Assembly (NCBI GenBank): GCA_050251945.1
Contig: JBFWLW010000001.1
Location: 256,001 to 320,000 of the forward strand
From: Deferribacterales bacterium
GTDB lineage: Bacteria; Chrysiogenota; Deferribacteres; Deferribacterales; Geovibrionaceae
DNA: 64,000 bases
Direction of reading: 5' to 3'
A program made the translations under genes and the position numbers. The notes below the pieces were generated by a model. It was not told the DNA's origin and did no database searches. It was given only the letters and a program-made list of their open reading frames with translations. Positions 9,788-20,237 of this stretch are shown in pieces (within the stretch, counting starts at the first letter, position 1; the number at the start of each line of letters is the position of its first letter).

Positions 9788-12340
9788 ATGAAAGTCTATG
9801 AATTCAATGTGAAAACCAAACTCCCCGACAAGCTCCGTCCGCTGGAGCAGATAGCGCATAACCTCTGGTATAGCTGGAACTGGGAGGCGAGAGAGCTTTT
9901 CCGTATGATAAATATGGAACTTTGGGAGCAATGTGAGCATAACCCCGTGTGGGTGCTTTCAAAGCTCAATGACAAAGACTTCCGCAGACTTGTCGGCGAC
10001 CCCGTTTTCATGAATGTAATGGACAACGTACACGAACGCCTCAACGAATATAAAATGCTCCCTAAATGGTTTGATCTTGCTCACAGCGGCAAGAGAGAAG
10101 AGGGGATGCAGATAGCCTATTTCAGCGCGGAATACGGCATACATGAATCCGTGAAGCTCTATTCCGGCGGTCTCGGCGTCCTTTCGGGCGACCACTGTAA
10201 ATCTGCCAGCGACATAGGTATTCCTTTCATAGCGGTTGGTTTGCTCTACAGAAACGGCTATTTCCACCAGTACCTTAATTCCGACGGCTGGCAGCAGCAG
10301 TCGGTTCCGTACAACGATTTTCACAGGATGCCGATAACACCAGTTAAAGATGCGGACGGTAACGAGATATGCGTTCAGGTCAGAATAGCCGAAAGCGACG
10401 TAAACGTTAAGGTCTGGAAACTGGAGATCGGCGTTATCACTCTCTATCTGCTTGACACCGACCTGACAACTAACAGCCCCCAACATAGAAACATTACGGC
10501 GCAGCTTTACGGCGGCGATTCGGATATGAGGCTGAAACAGGAGATAATCCTCGGCATTGCCGGCGTTCGCGCTCTGAAAACCATGGGATTCCGCCCGACA
10601 GTATACCACCTGAACGAGGGACACCCTTCATTTGCGGCACTTGAGCGTATCAGACTCTGCGTCGAAGACGGAATGAACCTTCGCACAGCGGCAGAGGTTG
10701 TTAAGAAAAGTACGCTGTTCACCACACACACGCCTGTTCCCGCAGGTTTCGATGTGTTCAGTTTCGACCAGATAAAAAAATACCTTGGTCCGATATTTGA
10801 ACCGTCAGGCTTCAATATAAATCAGATAATGGGATTCGGACGCGAGAACCCGTTCAACGAATCAGAGAGTTTTGCTATGGCGATCGCAGGTATCCGTCTG
10901 AGTACCTTCCGCAACGGCGTCAGCGCACTGCACGGCGAAGTTTCCAGACAGATGTTCAAGAACCTCTGGAGCAACGCGCTTGACAATTATGTTCCCATTG
11001 GGCACGTTACAAACGGCATACATCTTCCCACGTTCATAGCCGAAAGCTTTAAGACGATATACACCAGATATCTTTCCGAGGCGTGGTACTACAAACCATA
11101 CGATTTTGACGTATGGCACGACGTTGAAAAGATACCGGACAACGCCTTCTTTGATGCGAAACGCAAACAGAGGGAGAGACTTGTCATTTTCGCCCGTGAA
11201 AGGCTGAAAAAACAGGTTATGAAACGCGGCGGAACAGCCAGCGAAATAACAAAAGCGGACGACGTTCTTAATTCCGATACGCTTACCATCGGCTTTGCGC
11301 GCCGCTTTGCAACATACAAACGCGGCTATCTGCTGTTCATGGACGAGGAACGTCTCGCGAAAATTCTGAATAACCCCGAAAGACCAGTTCAGATAATTAT
11401 AGCGGGTAAAGCACACCCAAAAGACGACGGCGGAAAAGAGATAATCAAAAAGATATTCCATATCTGCCGCAAACCCGAATTCAGAGACAAAGTTACCTTT
11501 GTTGAGGACTACGACATTGAAGTGGCAAGACACCTTGCCCATGGTGTTGACATATGGCTCAATACACCTCTGCGCCCTATGGAAGCATCAGGCACCAGTG
11601 GTATGAAGATCGCAGCTAACGGAGGTCTGAACCTTTCCATCCTCGACGGATGGTGGGCGGAGGGCTATAACGGCGAAACAGGCTGGGCTATAGGTGCCGG
11701 TGAGGAATACGACAAACAGGATTATCAGGATTTTGTCGAAAGCATGGAGCTTTATGACAAACTTGAGAATGAGATAATCCCTCTGTTCTATAACCGCGAT
11801 AAAGTTGGCATACCCAGAGAATGGACGCATATGATGAAGCAGGCTGTTAAAGTTTGTGCCGCTTTCTTCAATACTTCCAGAATGGTTATGGAATATACTG
11901 ATAAATATTACGTTCAGCTTCATGAACTTTATAAAGATATCTCATCCAATGGTTTTGAAGGTGCTTCCAAGTATCTGGAATGGAAAGAGAATGTTATAAG
12001 TGGATGGGATTCTGTTGAAATAGTTGAGAGCGGTGTTCAGGCTGATTCCATAGAAATGGGCGGTTATGTGACATTTGAAGCAAATATCCGCTCACCGAAG
12101 ATAGATAACGAAAGCCTCGCAGTTTACGCCGTTGTTGAGTTTGACGGTGAGAGCGGGGTGCTTAAAAACCCGAAATTCATCGCCCTTGAACTTGCGGAGA
12201 AAAACGGGGATATCAGCACTTATAAAGCGCATTTCAGAATTGACAATGCAGGCAAGATGAAGGTCGGCTTTGCTGCCGTGCCTTGCCATAAGTATCTGAA
12301 AAATATATTTGAATTGAATCTTGTTATGTGGGCAAAATGA
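9788..12340 (+). CDS. glgP: Alpha-glucan (glycogen) phosphorylase
   Basis: YSGGLGVLSGDH, GFARRFATYKR, EASGTSGMK PLP motif; start moved to ATG 9788 after SD-like aagggtg. Confidence 0.95.
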   Translation: MKVYEFNVKTKLPDKLRPLEQIAHNLWYSWNWEARELFRMINMELWEQCEHNPVWVLSKLNDKDFRRLVGDPVFMNVMDNVHERLNEYKMLPKWFDLAHSGKREEGMQIAYFSAEYGIHESVKLYSGGLGVLSGDHCKSASDIGIPFIAVGLLYRNGYFHQYLNSDGWQQQSVPYNDFHRMPITPVKDADGNEICVQVRIAESDVNVKVWKLEIGVITLYLLDTDLTTNSPQHRNITAQLYGGDSDMRLKQEIILGIAGVRALKTMGFRPTVYHLNEGHPSFAALERIRLCVEDGMNLRTAAEVVKKSTLFTTHTPVPAGFDVFSFDQIKKYLGPIFEPSGFNINQIMGFGRENPFNESESFAMAIAGIRLSTFRNGVSALHGEVSRQMFKNLWSNALDNYVPIGHVTNGIHLPTFIAESFKTIYTRYLSEAWYYKPYDFDVWHDVEKIPDNAFFDAKRKQRERLVIFARERLKKQVMKRGGTASEITKADDVLNSDTLTIGFARRFATYKRGYLLFMDEERLAKILNNPERPVQIIIAGKAHPKDDGGKEIIKKIFHICRKPEFRDKVTFVEDYDIEVARHLAHGVDIWLNTPLRPMEASGTSGMKIAANGGLNLSILDGWWAEGYNGETGWAIGAGEEYDKQDYQDFVESMELYDKLENEIIPLFYNRDKVGIPREWTHMMKQAVKVCAAFFNTSRMVMEYTDKYYVQLHELYKDISSNGFEGASKYLEWKENVISGWDSVEIVESGVQADSIEMGGYVTFEANIRSPKIDNESLAVYAVVEFDGESGVLKNPKFIALELAEKNGDISTYKAHFRIDNAGKMKVGFAAVPCHKYLKNIFELNLVMWAK

Positions 12341-12837
12341 GAGAATACATTCCCCATTCCACAGGGTGTTTCATCTGCGGACAGCAGAACCCTGTGGGGT
12401 TGAAGCATAGGTTTTTTGCAGAGAACGGAGCGCTTTACAGCGACGTATGCGTTCCTGCGGATTATTGCGGGTTCAAGGATGTTGTGCATGGAGGCATATG
12501 CACTGCTCTTCTGGACGAAACAATGGGTTGGTCACCGTTCATCTTTGAGGATTCACTGGACAGGCTCTGCTTTACAAGAAGTCTGGAGGTTAAATTCCGC
12601 AAAAATACCCCCACGATGACTAACCTGATAGTCGAGGCAAAATATCAGGGGATGCACAAAGGTATCTGCGAAGTGACAGGCGAGCTGAAAGATGCTTCCG
12701 GTACTGTGTTTGCGTCTGCTTCCGGCAGGTTTATCCCTATTCCGCCGGAAAAAATGAATGAGACGATTCAGTATCTTGTCATGGAAAAGGGCGTGTGCTA
12801 CCATGAAAAATGTATTAAGTATCTGAAGGGTATATGA
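12337..12837 (+). CDS. PaaI/hotdog-fold thioesterase
   Basis: CFICGQQNPVGL, HGGICTALLDE; ATGA overlap with glgP stop. Confidence 0.88.
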   Translation: MREYIPHSTGCFICGQQNPVGLKHRFFAENGALYSDVCVPADYCGFKDVVHGGICTALLDETMGWSPFIFEDSLDRLCFTRSLEVKFRKNTPTMTNLIVEAKYQGMHKGICEVTGELKDASGTVFASASGRFIPIPPEKMNETIQYLVMEKGVCYHEKCIKYLKGI

Positions 12838-13985
12838 TCCGAGAAAATCGCAGGGACATGTTCGTTTTCCTGCTTTTATTAAATCTTGCTGTGTACATAT
12901 CGTTCCAGAGCTGGTCGACGATATTCAATAACTTTGCTGTTGAAAATGCCTCTCTGGACGGCTTTTACATGGGGCTTACCCAATCCATAAGAGAAATCCC
13001 CGGTTTTCTGTCTCTGCTTGTGATACTTGCGATCGTTGTTCTTCCAGAGCATAAACTCGCCGTGGTGAGCCTTATTGTTCTCGGAATAGGCATCGCTGTG
13101 ACAGGCTATCTGCCATCCACCACAGGCGTAATAATTTCAACATTAATAATGTCTTTCGGGTTCCATTTCTTTGAAACGGTTAACCAGTCACTGACATTGC
13201 AGTATTTCAATAAGCTTGAAACTCCGCTGGTTCTGAGCCGTTTGCGCAGTGTTGCCGCCGGTGGAAACATTGCCGCTGGAATACTGGTCATCATACTGCT
13301 TAAGTTTTTGGAATATAAATATATTTTCCTGATAACCGGTTTGATAGCCGTAGCGGCGGGCATATACTGTCTGAAACTGAATCCTATTGACAGCAGTCTT
13401 CCTGTTCAGAAAAAGAAATTACAGCTTAAGGCGAAATACTGGCTGTATTATGCGCTGACATTTCTTTCTGGTGCCCGCAGGCAGGTTTTCACGGCATTTT
13501 CCGTGTTTCTGATGGTGGAAAAATTTCATTTCTCAACTAGAGAAGTTGCAATACTCTTCATTATCAATAACCTGACGAATTTCTTTTTTAATCCTGTCAT
13601 TGGTAAGATGGTGAATAAATACGGCGAGCGCAGGCTTTTAAGTATTGAATACTCAACACTGGTAGTTGTTTTCGTAGGATATGCTTTTTCTGAAAGCAAG
13701 CTGTTTGTTGCTCTGCTGTATATTATAGACAACCTTGTTTACAGCTTTGTCATATCTATCAGAACATTTTTTCAGAAAATAGCCGAACCGGAAGACTTTG
13801 CGAACGGCTCTGCCATGGGATTCACCATAAATCACATAGCGGCTGTTTTTATCCCGTTTGCCGGAGGTCTGCTCTGGATGGTTGACAGAAAGATACCGTT
13901 CCTTGTGGCGGCACTTCTGGCGTTCGTATCCTTTGTTCTGGCGCAGTTCGTGCCTTCTGAACTCAGAAAATATCAACAGCAATGA
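12834..13985 (+). CDS. MFS transporter
   Basis: About 12 hydrophobic segments; QSIREIPGFL motif. Confidence 0.85.
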   Translation: MIRENRRDMFVFLLLLNLAVYISFQSWSTIFNNFAVENASLDGFYMGLTQSIREIPGFLSLLVILAIVVLPEHKLAVVSLIVLGIGIAVTGYLPSTTGVIISTLIMSFGFHFFETVNQSLTLQYFNKLETPLVLSRLRSVAAGGNIAAGILVIILLKFLEYKYIFLITGLIAVAAGIYCLKLNPIDSSLPVQKKKLQLKAKYWLYYALTFLSGARRQVFTAFSVFLMVEKFHFSTREVAILFIINNLTNFFFNPVIGKMVNKYGERRLLSIEYSTLVVVFVGYAFSESKLFVALLYIIDNLVYSFVISIRTFFQKIAEPEDFANGSAMGFTINHIAAVFIPFAGGLLWMVDRKIPFLVAALLAFVSFVLAQFVPSELRKYQQQ

Positions 13986-14734
13986 GCGCCCCTTCATACC
14001 GCGAATTCAAACCTGCAGAGCATTTAAGACCGTTCATAGCGGCATACTGGCTGTCTGATGGTTATTACGCCGAAGAGGTTCTTTTTCCGGTTTTCGCTGA
14101 CGGCTGCTGCGATATAATCTTTGATATTGCCGGAAATTCTCCTGCTAAAATGGTTGGCACAGGAGTGAATCTGGAATATGTGCCGCTGAGTGGTAAGGTT
14201 CGTCTGGGAGGGATACGCTTCCTGCCTGGGGGATTCACGGCTCTGACAGGCATCCCCGCCGACAGAATATACGACGGAGCCGATGCTTCGGACGTTCTTA
14301 ACGGTAAGCTCATTGAAGGACTTAAAAGAATAGACGAAGGCTTCTCGCCATCCGCTCTTGATGCGGTTTTCAGCTCATGTGTTTCCTGCCAAAATCCTAT
14401 GATGTCTTTCTGGCTTTCGTCACAGGACAGCGATATAGGCGGTATCGCGTCATATTTCGGATGCTCGGTCAAAACAGTCAGCAGGACTTTTCTGCACCAC
14501 ACCGGTGCAACACCTTCAAAAATGTTATCTGTCAGGCGTTTCCAGCACGCATTAAAAATGATTACGCAAAGCTGCAGCTGTTATACCGAAATAGCTTATG
14601 AAGCAGGATATTATGACCAGTCGCATTTTATAAGGGACTTTAAAAAATATGCAGGTTCGGCGCCGTCGGATTTTTTGCACTATAAAAATTCGCTTGGTGT
14701 CCGTTTCATACAATTTCCAACCGGATGTATATGA
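13982..14734 (+). CDS. AraC family transcriptional regulator (DUF6597-type N-terminus)
   Basis: ADGCCDIIF N-domain; C-terminal GYYDQSHFIRDFKKYAG. Confidence 0.9.
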   Translation: MSAPSYREFKPAEHLRPFIAAYWLSDGYYAEEVLFPVFADGCCDIIFDIAGNSPAKMVGTGVNLEYVPLSGKVRLGGIRFLPGGFTALTGIPADRIYDGADASDVLNGKLIEGLKRIDEGFSPSALDAVFSSCVSCQNPMMSFWLSSQDSDIGGIASYFGCSVKTVSRTFLHHTGATPSKMLSVRRFQHALKMITQSCSCYTEIAYEAGYYDQSHFIRDFKKYAGSAPSDFLHYKNSLGVRFIQFPTGCI

Positions 14735-14759
14735 TATTTTCCTGTTCAGGAGGTGCTGT

Positions 14760-15215
14760 ATGATAAAATATGGCGGTATGGCTGTCATGGCTGAGGACGT
14801 CCGGACTTCACTGGCTTTTTACAGAGATATTCTCGGGCTGGAACTGATGATGGATAACGGAAATGAACATGTTATGTTTAAATGCGGTGTTGCGCTCTGG
14901 AAGAAGGATGCGGCGCATAAGCTTATCTTCGGTTCTGTCTGCGACGGCAGGTCGTCGATGTTTGAGCTTTTCTTTGAAAGCGACGATATCAACGGTGATT
15001 ATGAACGGCTGTCAAGGGCATCAAAAGTCGTTAATCCACTTGAAGAACAGCCGTGGGGACAGCTTACGTTCAGGATATCAGATCCCGACGGGCATCTGAT
15101 AGAGGTGGGTGAAAAGCTGTCTGGTACCATCAAACGGTTCAGAGAATCCGGAATGACCGACGATGAAATAAGCTCCAGAACACACGTGGCAAAGGATATG
15201 CTGGATTCCCTTTAA
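14760..15215 (+). CDS. VOC/glyoxalase family protein
   Basis: SLAFYRDILG, EQPWGQ, DPDGHLIEVGE; SD aggagg before ATG 14760. Confidence 0.9.
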   Translation: MIKYGGMAVMAEDVRTSLAFYRDILGLELMMDNGNEHVMFKCGVALWKKDAAHKLIFGSVCDGRSSMFELFFESDDINGDYERLSRASKVVNPLEEQPWGQLTFRISDPDGHLIEVGEKLSGTIKRFRESGMTDDEISSRTHVAKDMLDSL

Positions 15216-15223
15216 AATCACTC

Positions 15224-15260
15224 AACAGCTCCGTTTCCTGCGGGGCTGTTCTCTTTTTTT
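15224..15260 (+). terminator. Intrinsic terminator
   Basis: aacagctccg...cggggctgtt followed by T run. Confidence 0.75.
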
Positions 15261-15262
15261 AC

Positions 15263-15291
15263 TTGAAGTACAAACCCACCCGCTGTATTAT
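15263..15291 (+). promoter_or_regulatory. Sigma70-type promoter for the pgeF operon
   Basis: TTGAAG-N17-TATTAT. Confidence 0.6.
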
Positions 15292-15319
15292 GACCTTAAA
15301 ATAGGAGCAATTTGCCTTT

Positions 15320-16060
15320 ATGACCAATATAATCATAAATTCATATAAAACAGTTCCCGAAAATGTCGACTGTTTTGTCACAACCCGCCACGGCGGATAC
15401 AGCAGAGGGGACTACGGCAATTTCAACCTTGCCGTGAGCACAGCGGAAGACCACCGGATTGCGATGAAAAACATTGAACTTCTGAAAAATGAATTTCACC
15501 TTTCAAAGCTCGTCAATCTCAATCAGGTTCATGGAAATATGGTCTATGAAGTGACATCTGACAATTATACCGATATAATGTACAGAGAGGGTGACGGACT
15601 TTTCACTTTGGAAAGCGAAATAGCCCTTGGCGTTCTCACCGCAGACTGCTATAACGTTTTTCTCGCCGGAAAAAAAGCTGTCGCCGCTCTGCATTGCGGA
15701 CATAAATCCGTTTCGTCGGATATTATGGGTGAGGCTATAAAACTTTTTGTCAAACATGGAGATTTTCCCGTGTTTGCCGGTATAGGTCCGGGGATATCAT
15801 GCGCCAATTACGAGATAGGTCCGGAACTGGCGGATACATTCGGCAAAATATGCCACGACAGTATCGTGGTTAAGGACGGAAAACTTTATCTGAGCCTGCG
15901 CACCGTGATAGAGCAAAATCTCACAAAGGCGGGTATCAGACACATTGAGCATCTGCGTAACTGCACCTTTGAAGACGAAAGCCTGTATTCTCACCGCAGA
16001 GACAAAGGCGTGACAGGGCGTATGATGGGGGTTATCGTAAGGAGAAGCGATGTTCGCTGA
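15320..16060 (+). CDS. pgeF: PgeF/YfiH family protein (purine nucleoside phosphorylase / peptidoglycan editing)
   Basis: TTRHGG, QVHG, TADC, YSHRR; upstream of yggS. Confidence 0.9.
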   Translation: MTNIIINSYKTVPENVDCFVTTRHGGYSRGDYGNFNLAVSTAEDHRIAMKNIELLKNEFHLSKLVNLNQVHGNMVYEVTSDNYTDIMYREGDGLFTLESEIALGVLTADCYNVFLAGKKAVAALHCGHKSVSSDIMGEAIKLFVKHGDFPVFAGIGPGISCANYEIGPELADTFGKICHDSIVVKDGKLYLSLRTVIEQNLTKAGIRHIEHLRNCTFEDESLYSHRRDKGVTGRMMGVIVRRSDVR

Positions 16061-16727
16061 CAGACTTGCCGAGGTCAGAAAAAATATAGACGCCGCCATG
16101 AAAAAGGCAGGCAGAACTGACAGCGTTGAAGTCGTTGCCGTGAGCAAATATTATCCGGCGGAGGCTATTCTTGATGCATATGGATGCGGACACAGAATAT
16201 TCGGTGAAAGCCGTGTTCAGGAAGCCGTTGAAAAGAAAGAGATACTTAAAGATCTGACGGAGCTTGAGCTTCATTTCATAGGGCATCTTCAGACCAATAA
16301 GGTGAAGTATCTGGAAGATATATTCGGGCTGATACATTCAGTTGACAGCGAAAGGCTGGCGGATGAACTTAACAGGTATTTCAATAAGATAGACCGTGTT
16401 CAGGATATTCTCGTTCAGGTGAACATAGCGAACGATCCTGACAAATCCGGAGTTACAGGAGAAGAGGCGGAAAGCCTTTGCAACGCAGTGAAAGATATGC
16501 CCAACCTGAACCTGAGAGGGCTTATGATGATACCTCCTCTGACAGATAATGAGGAAAAAAACAGGAAATATTTTACTGCGATGAAAGAACTTTTTGATAA
16601 ACTGTCTGTCAAAAATGAGAATACCATGGATATTTTGTCTATGGGAATGAGCGATGATTACACAATAGCTGTTGAAGAGGGCAGTACGATGGTGCGCATA
16701 GGCACGGCTCTTTTCGGCGGACGATGA
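16050..16727 (+). CDS. yggS: YggS PLP homeostasis protein
   Basis: VAVSK, FGESRVQE, HFIGHLQTNKVK, LSMGMSDD, RIGTALFG. Confidence 0.96.
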   Translation: MFADRLAEVRKNIDAAMKKAGRTDSVEVVAVSKYYPAEAILDAYGCGHRIFGESRVQEAVEKKEILKDLTELELHFIGHLQTNKVKYLEDIFGLIHSVDSERLADELNRYFNKIDRVQDILVQVNIANDPDKSGVTGEEAESLCNAVKDMPNLNLRGLMMIPPLTDNEEKNRKYFTAMKELFDKLSVKNENTMDILSMGMSDDYTIAVEEGSTMVRIGTALFGGR

Positions 16728-16740
16728 TAAAGGGGAAACA

Positions 16741-17565
16741 ATGGCTATTATTTCAATGCTGATAAAATCTTATCTGGTCGTGCTGCTCTTGCGCAGTGTC
16801 ATGACCAGACAGGAGCTTTATTTCAACCCCTTCGGTAAGATGGTGGCGAAGCTCACCGACCCCCTCATGGAAAAATTGCTTAAACTGAACAAAAAGAACG
16901 CCGACAGGTCAACCCTTCTGTTCATTCTGCTTGCGACGGCGCTTACGGCTCTGCTGTATTATGCCATGGGCGGAATGAGCCTCGCGATATCTGCGTTCTT
17001 TGCCATATCAGACATGCTTAACTTCCTGATGATGTTCTACATTGTCAGCATAATACTCGGCATTTTTGCCGGAAACAGCCGCATGTCATATTTCTCTATG
17101 TATTTTAACCGCCTCGGCTCTTTTTGGGTCAATGCGGTGCGGGCGATTCTGCCTATACGGTCAAACGCCGTGGCTGTCCCTGCAATTGTTTTTGTCTTTG
17201 TCTTTTTTACCGTTGTAAACGGAGCAGTCATTCTCTTTATGCAGCACGGGACAGACTTTACGTTTGTTTCATCCAGTCTTATTTCCTCGATGTTCATGTC
17301 CCTTAAATCCGGTCTGTTGTCAATTGTCAGCCTGCTCGGTATCTATATCTGGGTGATAATCATCCGCGCACTGATGAGCTGGGTCAGTCCCGACCCTTCA
17401 AATCCTGTTGTGCAGACGATAATAGCCCTGACAGATCCTGTGCTGGTTCCTTTCAGCCGGATAATTCCCCCGCTGGGACCTGTGGACATCAGCCCTATGA
17501 TTCTGATATTCCTGCTGTATTTTCTTAAGAATATGCTGCTTAGGCTTATCGGAATGCTCCTTTAA
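16741..17565 (+). CDS. yggT: YggT family membrane protein (extended)
   Basis: C-terminal IIRALMSWVSPDPSNP...LTDPVL...DISP. Confidence 0.85.
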   Translation: MAIISMLIKSYLVVLLLRSVMTRQELYFNPFGKMVAKLTDPLMEKLLKLNKKNADRSTLLFILLATALTALLYYAMGGMSLAISAFFAISDMLNFLMMFYIVSIILGIFAGNSRMSYFSMYFNRLGSFWVNAVRAILPIRSNAVAVPAIVFVFVFFTVVNGAVILFMQHGTDFTFVSSSLISSMFMSLKSGLLSIVSLLGIYIWVIIIRALMSWVSPDPSNPVVQTIIALTDPVLVPFSRIIPPLGPVDISPMILIFLLYFLKNMLLRLIGMLL

Positions 17566-18566
17566 TGGAATTCAGCAAGCTCAAATACGTTTACATCGGC
17601 ACAGCACTTATATTTCTTGTCGGAGTGACAGGAACACTCGGTTATATGCATATTGAGCATGCGAATATGCTCGATTCACTGTATATGACAATTATCACCA
17701 TGGCCACAGTCGGTTATGGCGAGATATTCCCTCTGTCGGATGCGGGTAAGATATTCACTATCTTGATCATCATATCCGGCACAGGTACGGTTGCATACAC
17801 GGCGACACAATTTATCGACTACGTTGTCACAGGCGACCTTACCAATTTTTTCGGGAGAAAAAAGATGAACCACATCATCGACAACATGAACAGCCACTAT
17901 ATCCTTTGCGGTTTCGGACGTATGGGAAGGATAATTGCGGGACTGCTCAGAGAGAACAATGTGCCGTTTGTCATAATCGACCCCGAAGACAGGGCGAGCG
18001 AATCCGCGGAAGAAAAATACGTGTTTGTTACAGGCGACGCAACCCATGATGCGGTTCTTAAAAAAGCGGGTGTGATGCGTGCGAAAGGACTTATCACCGT
18101 CGTTGATACGGATGTGAAGAACCTTTACATCGTCCTTACCGCCAAGGGGCTTAACAGAAATCTTTACGTCGTCGCAAAAGTTGCGCAGGAAGACGCCGCA
18201 ACAAAGTTTGAGTGGGCGGGAGCCGACAAGATTGTTTCGCCGTATACCATCGGCGGGCAGAGCATTGCTTACAGCATCATAAAACCATATGTAACGGATT
18301 TCCTCTCCATGGCGATGGGAAATCAGGAATACGGCATCATGGTTGAAGAGGTTATGATACATGAAGGCAATGTTCTGGAAAACACTTCAATTGTTGATTC
18401 CAACGTCCGCAAGATCGGTATCATTATTGTCGCCATAAGAAAAAGCGACGGAGGGTTTATTTATAACCCCGGACCCAACGAGGTCATCAGAGCGAACGAC
18501 ACCCTTATCGCACTTGGCAGAAAGGGTGATTTTGAGGCTCTGAATAAACATTTAAAAAGAGGATAA
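17565..18566 (+). CDS. Potassium channel with TrkA-N and TrkA-C domains
   Basis: TVGYGE selectivity filter; CGFGRMG Rossmann motif. Confidence 0.92.
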   Translation: MEFSKLKYVYIGTALIFLVGVTGTLGYMHIEHANMLDSLYMTIITMATVGYGEIFPLSDAGKIFTILIIISGTGTVAYTATQFIDYVVTGDLTNFFGRKKMNHIIDNMNSHYILCGFGRMGRIIAGLLRENNVPFVIIDPEDRASESAEEKYVFVTGDATHDAVLKKAGVMRAKGLITVVDTDVKNLYIVLTAKGLNRNLYVVAKVAQEDAATKFEWAGADKIVSPYTIGGQSIAYSIIKPYVTDFLSMAMGNQEYGIMVEEVMIHEGNVLENTSIVDSNVRKIGIIIVAIRKSDGGFIYNPGPNEVIRANDTLIALGRKGDFEALNKHLKRG

Positions 18567-18567
18567 C

Positions 18568-19542
18568 ATGTGGGTTTTCAGAATATTATATGCAGTTTTC
18601 ATTATGGCGGCATTCGTGCTGGTCAGAGACACGCTGGGCATAGGCATGCCGCAGGCTGTTCTTTATTCTATGGGCGTTATTTTCGCAATAGTTTTCATAG
18701 AAACACTTATCGCAGATATCAAAAGCTATAAGTTCTATGGCGGGCTTGCCGGTGCTGTTGTCGCTATTATTGCCGCGTATTTTATAGCGTCTATATTTGA
18801 GACGTATTTCAATAACGATTCTCTGCGTCTGGCATTCTATTTCTTCGCGCTTTATCTCGGCGTTGCGACTGGTCAGAAATTTTCATGGATAATTGAGAAC
18901 GTACTTTCAAGACTTATGGCAAAACAGCCGAAACAGATAAAATTCAGCGCGTCTTCAAAAGTGCTTGATACATCAACACTTATAGACGGTCGTATGGCAG
19001 ATATCGTCGATACAGGACTTATAGAGGGCGGGCTGGTCATTCCTACCTTCATCCTGAAAGAACTCCAGAATATCGCTGATTCCCACGATCACCTGCGCAG
19101 ACAGAAGGGCAGACGCGGGCTTGATGTTCTGAAACGCTTACAGGAGCAAACAGCCGTGCCTGTTGAGATAAACAACACTGATTTTCTGGAAATAGGCACT
19201 GTTGACGAAAAACTTGTTGCCTTGGCGAAAAAGCTGAAAGCTGATATAATAACAACAGATTTTAACCTTCTGAAAGTTGCTGAAATACAGAATATCAAAG
19301 TTCTGAACATAAATACGCTGTCAATGGCGATGCGCCAGTCTGTTCTTCCGGGTGAGGAATTTGAGATAAGCGTTGTTAAAGAGGGTAAGGAATCCAATCA
19401 GGGTGTCGGCTATCTCGACGACGGCACGATGGTTGTTGTGGAAAACGGGCGCAAATTGATTGGTAAAACAGTAAAAGTTAACGTTACAAGTCTCCTTCAG
19501 ACAGAATCGGGACGTATAATATTTACTAAGGTGAAATATTGA
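18568..19542 (+). CDS. PIN/TRAM domain membrane protein (YacL-like)
   Basis: LDTSTLIDGR, KGRRGLDVL, QGVGYLDDGTMVVVE. Confidence 0.92.
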   Translation: MWVFRILYAVFIMAAFVLVRDTLGIGMPQAVLYSMGVIFAIVFIETLIADIKSYKFYGGLAGAVVAIIAAYFIASIFETYFNNDSLRLAFYFFALYLGVATGQKFSWIIENVLSRLMAKQPKQIKFSASSKVLDTSTLIDGRMADIVDTGLIEGGLVIPTFILKELQNIADSHDHLRRQKGRRGLDVLKRLQEQTAVPVEINNTDFLEIGTVDEKLVALAKKLKADIITTDFNLLKVAEIQNIKVLNINTLSMAMRQSVLPGEEFEISVVKEGKESNQGVGYLDDGTMVVVENGRKLIGKTVKVNVTSLLQTESGRIIFTKVKY

Positions 19543-20219
19543 ATATAACCGCAATAATACCTGCCGCCGGAATGGGCAAACGTTTCGGCGGCGACGTTAA
19601 AAAGCAGTTTTTCGAGGTTCTCGGGCATACTGTTCTTTATTATACTCTTACGGCTCTGAACCGTGCCTATCCTTTCAAAGAGTTTATCCTCGGCGCCGAT
19701 CCCGACGATTTTTATTTTTTATACTCACAGCTTTCAATGGCGGATATTAAGAATTATCAGCTTGTTCAGGGCGGCGGAGAGCGGTATGAGACAGTTTATA
19801 ACTGTCTGAAAGCGGTCACGACGGACTACGTTTTAATACACGATGCCGTGAGACCGTTCGTGACAGAAGATATCGTGCGAAACGTTGCGGATGCCGCAAA
19901 AGATACAGGTGCGGCGATATGTGGTCTGCCTGTGCGTGATACTTTGAAAAAGATATCCGGCAGTTTCGTTGAAAAAACTGTAAGCAGAGACGAATACGTT
20001 CTTTCACATACCCCGCAGATATTTAAAACATCACTTCTTAAAAAAGCGGTGGAAAATGCCGATGAACGGGGAATTGTTATCACCGATGAGGCTCAGGCTA
20101 TGGAGCTTTTCGGAGTTCGTGTGAAGTGGGCTATGTCTCTGTCTGACAACATAAAAATAACCTTTCTGAACGATATGGATATGGCGGAAGGGCTGGTTCG
20201 TAAATATTTCGGGCAATAA
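19539..20219 (+). CDS. ispD: 2-C-methyl-D-erythritol 4-phosphate cytidylyltransferase
   Basis: IPAAGMGKR, KQF, IHDAVRP, DTLK, TDEA, NIKIT. Confidence 0.95.
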   Translation: MNITAIIPAAGMGKRFGGDVKKQFFEVLGHTVLYYTLTALNRAYPFKEFILGADPDDFYFLYSQLSMADIKNYQLVQGGGERYETVYNCLKAVTTDYVLIHDAVRPFVTEDIVRNVADAAKDTGAAICGLPVRDTLKKISGSFVEKTVSRDEYVLSHTPQIFKTSLLKKAVENADERGIVITDEAQAMELFGVRVKWAMSLSDNIKITFLNDMDMAEGLVRKYFGQ

Positions 20220-20237
20220 AAGGGGCGCGAAGCCCCT

